In this document: piece by piece, positions 1 through 6,231 of the stretch
Numbering within the stretch: position 1 is the first letter of the stretch
How the letters are laid out: every line of letters starts with the position of its first letter
DNA from: Copranaerobaculum intestinale
Lineage (GTDB): Bacteria > Bacillota_I > Bacilli_A > Erysipelotrichales > Erysipelotrichaceae
Direction: 5' to 3'
Length of the DNA stretch: 32,000 nucleotides
Assembly (NCBI RefSeq): GCF_009831105.1
Contig: NZ_WUUQ01000002.1
Coordinates: 360,001-392,000, forward strand
The notes under the pieces: model-generated
What the model was told of the DNA's origin: nothing
The model's input: the letters and a program-made list of their open reading frames with translations, nothing else
Database searches by the model: none
Program-made: the position numbers and the translations under genes

Positions 1-215
1 CTCTGCCGATGTGGGCAATCTGGATGTCAGCACTCCTGCTTCCGATTGCCGGGCAGATCGGTGATCTTGCCTTTAGTGCGATTAAGCGCTGTTACGGTAT
101 TAAAGATTTCTCTAATCTTCTGCCGGGACATGGCGGTGTGCTGGATCGTTTGGACTCACTCATTTTCACAATGATTTGTTTCCATTTTATTATGATTTTG
201 ATGGCGGTGATGTAA
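1..215 (+). CDS. cdsA: Phosphatidate cytidylyltransferase (CDP-diglyceride synthase), C-terminal fragment; the 5' end lies outside the window
   Basis: The ORF track frame contains the CdsA C-terminal signature 'GHGGVLDRLDSLIF'. Stop codon TAA is at 213-215. The position just upstream of dxr fits the conserved cdsA-dxr-rseP order. Confidence 0.8.
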   Translation, partial: LPMWAIWMSALLLPIAGQIGDLAFSAIKRCYGIKDFSNLLPGHGGVLDRLDSLIFTMICFHFIMILMAVM

Positions 216-1373
216 GTGAAAAAAATAATTGTGCTGGGAGCCAGTGGCTCGATCGGCATTCAAACTCTGGATGTCATTAAAAATCATCCAGAAGAATTTG
301 AATTAAGTGGGATCAGCGTTGGCCATAATATCACAAAACTGCGTGATATTTTGACGGCATTTTCCATATATGATGTATGTGTTGCCGATGCGGATGATGC
401 TGAAGCGCTGAAGCATGAGTATCCGCATATTCATTTTTACTATGGTGAACCGGGAATGTGCGAACTGATCGAGCGGGTTGCTTGTGATGTGGTGGTCAAT
501 GCAGTAGTCGGATTTCGCGGTTTGCTGCCCAGTCTGACAGCAATTCGCTACCACCGGGTACTTGCGTTGGCAAATAAAGAATCGTTGGTTGCCGGCGGTG
601 ATTTGGTAAAGGCGGAGCTTAAAAAGTATCAGGGAAACCTGTATCCGATTGATTCCGAGCATAGTGCAATCTTTCAATGTCTGCAAGGCAATGATGCCAA
701 GACGGTAGAACATTTGATGATCACAGCCAGCGGCGGTAGTTTTCGCGATAAAACTCGGGAGGAATTGAATAAGGTTACCGTTGCGCAAGCTCTTCATCAT
801 CCTAATTGGTCGATGGGAGGCAGAATTACCATTGACAGTGCTACCATGATGAATAAGGGATTTGAAGTGATCGAAGCCCACTATCTGTTTGATATCTCAT
901 ACGATCGAATTAAGGTGCTTTTACATCCTCAAAGCATTGTGCATTCCATGGTGCAGTATACTGATCAGGCAGTTATCGCACAACTGGGTACAGCAGATAT
1001 GAAACTGCCGATTCAATATGCGTTAAGCTGGCCAAGACGGTTGAAGCTGTATAACAGTGAACCTTTTGATTTGGTGAAAGTAGGACATCTGGATTTTAAA
1101 GCAGTGGATGATGAGCGGTATCCGCTTTTGAAGCTGGCATTTACTGCCGGACGCAGAGGCGGCAACAGCGGAGCGATCTTAAACGGGGCAGATGAAGCAG
1201 CGGTCGATTTGTTTCTTCATGATAAAATTTCATTTCTTGAAATCGAAGAAGCAATCTTTGCGGCTTATAAACATATTCCTTATATAGCGGACCCTTCGCT
1301 TGATGATTTAATAGAAACCGACAGAAAGGCTCGTGAATATGTTTATCGTGAGTGGAAAGGAGTCCTTTCATGA
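216..1373 (+). CDS. dxr: 1-deoxy-D-xylulose 5-phosphate reductoisomerase
   Basis: 385 aa with a GTG start directly after the cdsA stop. Contains the NADPH-binding motif 'GASGSIG' plus 'LANKESLV', 'DSEHSAIFQC' and 'NKGFEVIEAHYLF', all typical of Dxr. Confidence 0.95.
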   Translation: MKKIIVLGASGSIGIQTLDVIKNHPEEFELSGISVGHNITKLRDILTAFSIYDVCVADADDAEALKHEYPHIHFYYGEPGMCELIERVACDVVVNAVVGFRGLLPSLTAIRYHRVLALANKESLVAGGDLVKAELKKYQGNLYPIDSEHSAIFQCLQGNDAKTVEHLMITASGGSFRDKTREELNKVTVAQALHHPNWSMGGRITIDSATMMNKGFEVIEAHYLFDISYDRIKVLLHPQSIVHSMVQYTDQAVIAQLGTADMKLPIQYALSWPRRLKLYNSEPFDLVKVGHLDFKAVDDERYPLLKLAFTAGRRGGNSGAILNGADEAAVDLFLHDKISFLEIEEAIFAAYKHIPYIADPSLDDLIETDRKAREYVYREWKGVLS

Positions 1374-2425
1374 ATTTGATGACGATCATATATTTTGTGA
1401 TTTTACTGGGAGTAATTGTATTTATCCATGAGCTGGGACATTTTATATGGGCTAAGCGTTTTGGTGTGTACTGTTCTGAATTTTCTATTGGTATGGGACC
1501 AGCGCTTTATAAAAAAACCATTGGTGAAACTACTTATGCGCTGCGAGCTCTACCACTTGGCGGTTATGTACAGATGGCAGGAGAAGAAGGAACTGATACG
1601 GAAGGCATTCCTTTTGAACGAACTATTAAGGGTATCAAAGTGTGGAAGCAGGTCATTGTTATGGCAGCCGGTGCGGTTATGAATATTCTGCTTGCATGGA
1701 TCATTATGGTCGGCATTTCCATGTATCAGGGGGTCGTCGTACAAACTCCGGAACCTGTTGTATCCAGCGTACAGAGCGGTTCCCCGGCGGAAAAAGCAGG
1801 GTTTCAGGCCAATGACCGAATTTTGAAAGTATCCTTTCATAATGGCAAAAAAGTGATCGAACCGGATACATTTGATGATATTATCATGGAAATGAACAAT
1901 TATCCAAAATCCACAGCGGTTTATACAGTACAACGAGATGGTCAAACACTTGAGATTGCTTGTAAGCCGACATATCTAAAAGATGAAAATCGTTATTATA
2001 TCGGTGCGAACTATACTCCGGTAGTAAAAAATATAGCATGGTATGAGTCTTTCAAATATGGAACGCAAAACTTATTGGATATGACTACCAGTATCTTCGA
2101 CGCTCTAGGTAATTTGATTCAGGGAATCGGACTGAATAATCTATCGGGACCGGTAGGTATTTTTGAGATAACGGCAAAGACAGCCGCAAACGGTTTATTA
2201 TCGATGCTGAGTTTATTGGCGCTCCTATCGCTCAATATCGGTATTTTCAATCTATTGCCATTACCAATCTTGGATGGCGGCCGCATTGTCTTAACCCTTT
2301 GTGAAAAGGTTTCCGGGCATAAGATGAGTGAACGCTTTGAATCTGCGATCATGATGGTCGGGGTTGTTATGATCATTGCGATTATGGTGTTTGCCACTTG
2401 GAATGATTTAACTAGGATTTTTTAA
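1370..2425 (+). CDS. rseP: Site-2 (M50) zinc metalloprotease RseP/RasP
   Basis: HEXXH motif 'HELGHF' lies in the first transmembrane helix. There is a central PDZ-like segment and a C-terminal 'NLLPLPILDGG' motif. I prefer the ATG at 1370, which forms an ATGA overlap with the dxr stop and has AAAGGAG 7 nt upstream, over the GTG at 1352 in the ORF track. Confidence 0.9.
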   Translation: MNLMTIIYFVILLGVIVFIHELGHFIWAKRFGVYCSEFSIGMGPALYKKTIGETTYALRALPLGGYVQMAGEEGTDTEGIPFERTIKGIKVWKQVIVMAAGAVMNILLAWIIMVGISMYQGVVVQTPEPVVSSVQSGSPAEKAGFQANDRILKVSFHNGKKVIEPDTFDDIIMEMNNYPKSTAVYTVQRDGQTLEIACKPTYLKDENRYYIGANYTPVVKNIAWYESFKYGTQNLLDMTTSIFDALGNLIQGIGLNNLSGPVGIFEITAKTAANGLLSMLSLLALLSLNIGIFNLLPLPILDGGRIVLTLCEKVSGHKMSERFESAIMMVGVVMIIAIMVFATWNDLTRIF

Positions 2426-2432
2426 GAAATTG

Positions 2433-2474
2433 AAAGCATGTCTGATAAAAATATTCAGATATGCTTTTTTATTT
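2433..2474 (+). terminator. Rho-independent terminator downstream of rseP
   Basis: Stem aaagcatgtctga (2433-2445), loop taaaaatat, stem tcagatatgcttt (2455-2467, one G-U pair), followed by a T-run (tttttatt). Confidence 0.8.
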
Positions 2475-2586
2475 GAAACGTATTCAACATAATAATACCA
2501 AGAACAGTAAAAATAAGATATTTTATTCATTATCATTATAAATTATGATGTTCATATAGAATACTTAACATAGGGGGCATTCTGGA

Positions 2587-3273
2587 ATGGAAGAATTTAT
2601 GATTATCCTTTCAGGTACTGAAAAGTATAGAAAACTAGAATGGATATCTGATAGCTATAAAGTAAACATATTGCATTTTTCGGTTATAGATTCTAAATTA
2701 TCTACTATGAATTTAGATGACTGTGTTTGTTTCGTTATAGATGCAGATATTTATAAAAGTAGTAACTTATTAATGTTGATCAGAATATTGAGGAAGAAAT
2801 ATCATGCTATGAAATTTATAATGTTCACAAATGATTTTCAAATTGTGAATATGTTCTTGTTTTATTATCCGATATATTTTTGTCAATGGGGAAATGTTCT
2901 TCAATATAAAAATATATTAAAAAATATAATAGAGAATCATACATCTATATTAAGACTATTTTACTATCATACAAGAGGTATTGAGAAATGTATTGAAATA
3001 AAAAATATCCTTTATTTTGAAAAGCAGTTACATAAAGTTCGAGTAAAACAGATGAATGGAGATTGTGATGAATTTGTAGGAAGCATATCAGAAATAATGG
3101 GAATGAATTATCCTCATATGTTTGAAATTAACCGCAGTGTAATTATCAATGATCTTTATGTGGATAAAATTGAAGATATATATGTTATTCTGACTAATAA
3201 AGAACGTTTTGAAATTAGCAGGCGCAGAAAAAAATATTTGGAGGAGGAATTAAATAGATTAACTACCAGATAA
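2587..3273 (+). CDS. Orphan LytTR-domain DNA-binding regulator with a degenerate receiver-like N-terminal domain
   Basis: The C-terminal ~95 aa ('IKNILYFEKQLHKVRV...FVGSISEI...FEINRSVIINDLYVDKIEDIYVILTNKERFEISRRRKKYL') fit the LytTR pattern (I.YFE ... F.r.hRS.ivN...i..i). The N-terminal ~120 aa look receiver-like ('FVIDADI', 'IMFTND') but lack the N-terminal acidic DD pair. AGGGGG lies 9 nt upstream of the ATG. The gene is very AT-rich. Confidence 0.7.
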   Translation: MEEFMIILSGTEKYRKLEWISDSYKVNILHFSVIDSKLSTMNLDDCVCFVIDADIYKSSNLLMLIRILRKKYHAMKFIMFTNDFQIVNMFLFYYPIYFCQWGNVLQYKNILKNIIENHTSILRLFYYHTRGIEKCIEIKNILYFEKQLHKVRVKQMNGDCDEFVGSISEIMGMNYPHMFEINRSVIINDLYVDKIEDIYVILTNKERFEISRRRKKYLEEELNRLTTR

Positions 3274-3294
3274 GAGAAATTTTTCTTATAATTT

Positions 3295-3322
3295 GACCAT
3301 TCGCTTAATCTAAAGACCATTC
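3295..3322 (+). promoter_or_regulatory. Candidate LytTR operator: perfect direct repeat GACCATTC-N12-GACCATTC upstream of the peptidase gene
   Basis: GACCATTC occurs at 3295-3302 and 3315-3322, separated by a 12-bp AT-rich spacer (gcttaatctaaa). Candidate -10 elements follow at 3344-3350 (tatatat) and 3357-3362 (tataat). Direct repeats with ~12-bp spacers are the known binding architecture of AgrA, ComE and PlnC-type LytTR regulators. Confidence 0.5.
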
Positions 3323-3453
3323 ATGCGCATTCTATTGCATTTCTATATATGAATTTTATAATGAAATCAAAGATAGACATGTAAAAAGGGTTATGATGAT
3401 CATGGTTTCTTTTCTTTTGATAATGTAAGTAATAATGAAAGGAGCGATGTCAG

Positions 3454-4188
3454 ATGAAAAAAATTATTTCTTACTTTTTGAGTATCTTCTGTGTATTTGG
3501 ATTAACCTTATCTCCGGTTTTTGCGAACGATGATTATGATGCAACAAATTATCCAGATGGATATGATAGTTATGAACAATATTTAAATGATCCTGATTAC
3601 TACAATCAAGATAGAGTGAAGCAACGAGAGGGAAAAATCGCAGCTGCTGATTCATATATGAAGACGAGAGCATTGATGCGAGTTGGTGCTTCTAAATATT
3701 TGAATGTTACGCTTTTCCCACAAGAAACAGATTATTGGTGTTCTGCCGCAAGTGCCCAAATGGTTATTTACTATTTAACTGGAACAAAGATATCTCAAGG
3801 TACGCTTATTAATGAAATTGGAGCAGGGTACACTGTTGGCGGAGTTGCAAAAACTTTGCGCGCACATACAGGAGCGTCTTATGAAGCACAATTAACGAGT
3901 GGATATGCATTGGGTAATGCCACAACAGTTGATATAGATGCGGGTTATCCTCTGATTTATAATCCTAATGCTGGCTTATTGAAAACGGGTTATCCAATTA
4001 CCGGGAAAACACCGCATTATGTCGTTGGATATGGATATCGATATAATACGTTTGGATCAACAGGTGAAAGTTATGTTAGTTATTTAGATCCATATAAATA
4101 TATTAGCAGTGCATATGGTAAGCATGAAATTAGTGTTACCAATATGGTCAAAGCAGTTAATGATAATACAGGATATTACATTTGGTAA
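3454..4188 (+). CDS. Secreted papain-fold cysteine peptidase (C39-like/C10-like, clan CA)
   Basis: Signal peptide 'MKKIISYFLSIFCVFGLTLSPVFAN'. Putative oxyanion Gln sits 6 residues before the nucleophile Cys in 'FPQETDYWCSAASAQMVIYYL'. Downstream catalytic His is in 'TPHYVVGYGY' and an acidic residue in 'SYLDPY'. RBS AAAGGAG lies upstream of the ATG at 3454. Confidence 0.65.
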   Translation: MKKIISYFLSIFCVFGLTLSPVFANDDYDATNYPDGYDSYEQYLNDPDYYNQDRVKQREGKIAAADSYMKTRALMRVGASKYLNVTLFPQETDYWCSAASAQMVIYYLTGTKISQGTLINEIGAGYTVGGVAKTLRAHTGASYEAQLTSGYALGNATTVDIDAGYPLIYNPNAGLLKTGYPITGKTPHYVVGYGYRYNTFGSTGESYVSYLDPYKYISSAYGKHEISVTNMVKAVNDNTGYYIW

Positions 4189-4230
4189 GAGAGAAGCTAT
4201 GCTTCTTTCTTACTGATCGAGGAGACTGAA

Positions 4231-5409
4231 ATGATAAAAATATCAAAATATTCTATGGTCGTATTAAGTATTTTATGTTCCTTGATTATGGATGGTTGCT
4301 ATTATAACAAAGAACCGGATGTATGGAAAGCAAAAGAAGTTGCGTTTGCTGAGTATAGCTTTTCTCCAATCGAAAAGGTAAATAATATGGATATGACAAA
4401 GATGGATGATATCGGTTTTGTAAAGGGAAAACTTTATTTGGAATCATTCATCAAGACAGATAATAATCTTTGGTCAACTGAAAATTTGTATACGTATGAT
4501 CTTAGATCAAATACGATTGAACAATTAGAACTAGATCACAGTCATGTTGCTCGATTGTTCAGCATTTTCCAAGATAAAGATGCTATCATATATTCTGCAA
4601 TGTCCCATGCCAAGGCAGACGATTTTCCACCAGTTATAGCAAGCATTTGGAAAGCCAAAGACGGTAAACAGGAGGAACTATTCGAAAGTAATATTGATAT
4701 TTATTATCGTGCACCATTATTTTATATGTTTGGAGATGAAGCATACTTCTTATCACATGATATGAAAACGGTAGAAGCTGATGTATCTCCGTATGTAGAA
4801 AATCAAAATGTGTTAAGTTTTCAAGTATATAAAAATGGTAAAATAAAAACTATATTTAGTACTACATCTAAGCTGACCAAGGGATTTCGATATAATGGAG
4901 AGGGGGAATTTACTGACTATGATTTGATTTTTGACAATCAAAAGGGTTCTATTGGTTTCTTTACCGCAACGAAAAAGAAAAAACAATTTGAGTACAATTT
5001 TTATGATTATTCACGAAAGACAAAAAAGCTTCGTAAAACAATTCTTGGCAAGGGTGATATGGAAATTTTGGGATACCAAGATAAATATGTTTACGGACGA
5101 AATAAAGGCGGTTTGTTTTTGTTTAATTTAGAATCAAAAAAAATGATGCAGCTTTCGGAATGGGAGGAAGGGCAATATTATAATTTTCAATCTTTGCCAG
5201 ATAATGTCATATTATATAATTATAGTAGTCCCTATTCTTTAACGGAAGAAACGTATGCTATTAAATTGGAAGATGGATATTACAAGAAAATGAAAATTGA
5301 TATCCCAAACCGTAATCAATCTTTTCCGTTTTTTAAGACGGATGGCGAAAGTATTCTTTGCTTTATCAATAATATGTATTATCGTTTTACCTTTAAAATA
5401 AAGGCATAA
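4231..5409 (+). CDS. Hypothetical secreted protein or possible lipoprotein (non-canonical lipobox '...LIMDGC')
   Basis: 392-aa ORF with RBS GAGGAG 5 nt upstream and an N-terminal hydrophobic segment ending in Cys. It is rich in Tyr/Asn/Lys with beta-strand-like periodicity. I recognise no family. It lies 42 nt downstream of the peptidase gene. Confidence 0.65.
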   Translation: MIKISKYSMVVLSILCSLIMDGCYYNKEPDVWKAKEVAFAEYSFSPIEKVNNMDMTKMDDIGFVKGKLYLESFIKTDNNLWSTENLYTYDLRSNTIEQLELDHSHVARLFSIFQDKDAIIYSAMSHAKADDFPPVIASIWKAKDGKQEELFESNIDIYYRAPLFYMFGDEAYFLSHDMKTVEADVSPYVENQNVLSFQVYKNGKIKTIFSTTSKLTKGFRYNGEGEFTDYDLIFDNQKGSIGFFTATKKKKQFEYNFYDYSRKTKKLRKTILGKGDMEILGYQDKYVYGRNKGGLFLFNLESKKMMQLSEWEEGQYYNFQSLPDNVILYNYSSPYSLTEETYAIKLEDGYYKKMKIDIPNRNQSFPFFKTDGESILCFINNMYYRFTFKIKA

Positions 5410-5430
5410 TAAAATTTATATATACTGTTA

Positions 5431-5466
5431 AGACCATTCCTATCATTAGAAATGGCCTTTTTTACA
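5431..5466 (+). terminator. Probable intrinsic terminator at the end of the AT-rich island
   Basis: Arms agaccatt (5431-5438) and aatggcct (5451-5458) pair with one mismatch and are followed by a T-run at 5458-5463. The T-run overlaps the stop codon of the convergent hlyIII-family gene. Confidence 0.4.
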
Positions 5467-6115
5467 TATAGAATACAACAGCGATAAAGTGAGAAATACT
5501 GGCCAGATTGATAAAAATATGCCAGATCGCATGATAATATTTTTTCTCTTTCTTGGAATAGAAATATACACCGATTGAATACAGCACGCCGCCTAATACA
5601 ATTAATCCCAAAAACAGCGGTGAAGCATTTTTCAGCAGGGTTGGAAGAAAGAATACGGCAGACCAGCCCATGATCAAATAAATACCAACGGATATAATCG
5701 GCATGGATTTCTTCGCAAATATTTTATAGAAGATGCCTATCAGTACAGTTGTCCATTGAATGATGAGAATCAATAGTCCTTCCCATCCCTTGATCAAACA
5801 AAGTGCAATTGGTGTATATGTACCCGCTATCGCAAAATAAATAAAGATGTGATCGAAGATTCTCCCGATAAATTTCTGTTGAGTATGAAAAGGAGTAATG
5901 TGATAGAAAGCAGAACCGGTAAACATCAGAAACAGGCAAATGATGAAGATAGATGTACCAATCGCGCGTTCTACACCACCGATATTATAGGAGTATACCG
6001 CCGTGATCGGTAATGCAATCAAACAAAGCAGACTCATCACGATATGGGTTCCGGCATTTGCCGCCTCCTCATTCATCGTAACTTCATATATTTTTTTTAA
6101 GGCATTTTCACGCAT
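5462..6115 (-). CDS. hlyIII: Hemolysin III / PAQR family channel protein (YplQ-like)
   Basis: 217 aa with seven predicted hydrophobic helices and family-typical motifs 'FYHITPF' and 'DHIFIYFAIAGTYTP'. A strong RBS AAGGAGG lies upstream on the minus strand. Confidence 0.85.
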   Translation of the reverse strand: MRENALKKIYEVTMNEEAANAGTHIVMSLLCLIALPITAVYSYNIGGVERAIGTSIFIICLFLMFTGSAFYHITPFHTQQKFIGRIFDHIFIYFAIAGTYTPIALCLIKGWEGLLILIIQWTTVLIGIFYKIFAKKSMPIISVGIYLIMGWSAVFFLPTLLKNASPLFLGLIVLGGVLYSIGVYFYSKKEKKYYHAIWHIFINLASISHFIAVVFYM

Positions 6116-6141
6116 GAACGTACCTCCTTTTAATAGTCCCT

Positions 6142-6170
6142 ATTCTATCACAATATCTTTTAAATACCAA
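6142..6170 (-). promoter_or_regulatory. Candidate sigma-A promoter for the hlyIII-family gene
   Basis: On the minus strand: TTGGTA (6170-6165), 17-nt spacer, then extended -10 TGaTAGAAT (6150-6142). Confidence 0.4.
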
Positions 6171-6178
6171 CCGGTTTA

Positions 6179-6187
6179 TGCTATAAT
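6179..6187 (+). promoter_or_regulatory. Candidate extended -10 promoter element for smc
   Basis: TGcTATAAT lies at 6179-6187, about 45 nt upstream of the smc ATG. No convincing -35 element was found. Confidence 0.4.
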
Positions 6188-6231
6188 AAAAAGGACGCAA
6201 TCTTATAAAAAACGCGGAAGGATGGCGGTTT

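Noticed and set aside
303-881. 192-aa minus-strand ORF antisense to dxr. Similar long antisense ORFs are 1550-1945, 9419-9916, 14415-14819, 16668-17084, 17199-17606, 17835-18254, 19766-20176 and 23227-23694.
   Set aside because: Each lies entirely inside a strongly supported sense-strand gene with clear family motifs. They lack an RBS and have odd composition. They are shadow ORFs.
3393-3428. 11-codon hydrophobic mini-ORF (MMIMVSFLLIM) between the LytTR operator and the peptidase gene, considered as a possible pheromone or leader peptide
   Set aside because: It is too short to assess. The purine-rich stretch is only 2 nt from its ATG, and it has no double-glycine or other processing motif. 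It could be re-examined if conserved in orthologous islands.
2475-5460. Possibility that the AT-rich island is a mobile element or prophage remnant
   Set aside because: No integrase, transposase, recombinase, tRNA target or convincing flanking direct repeats are present. The only shared sequence is an 8-mer (tatcatta) in AT-rich DNA. It is therefore called a compositional island only.
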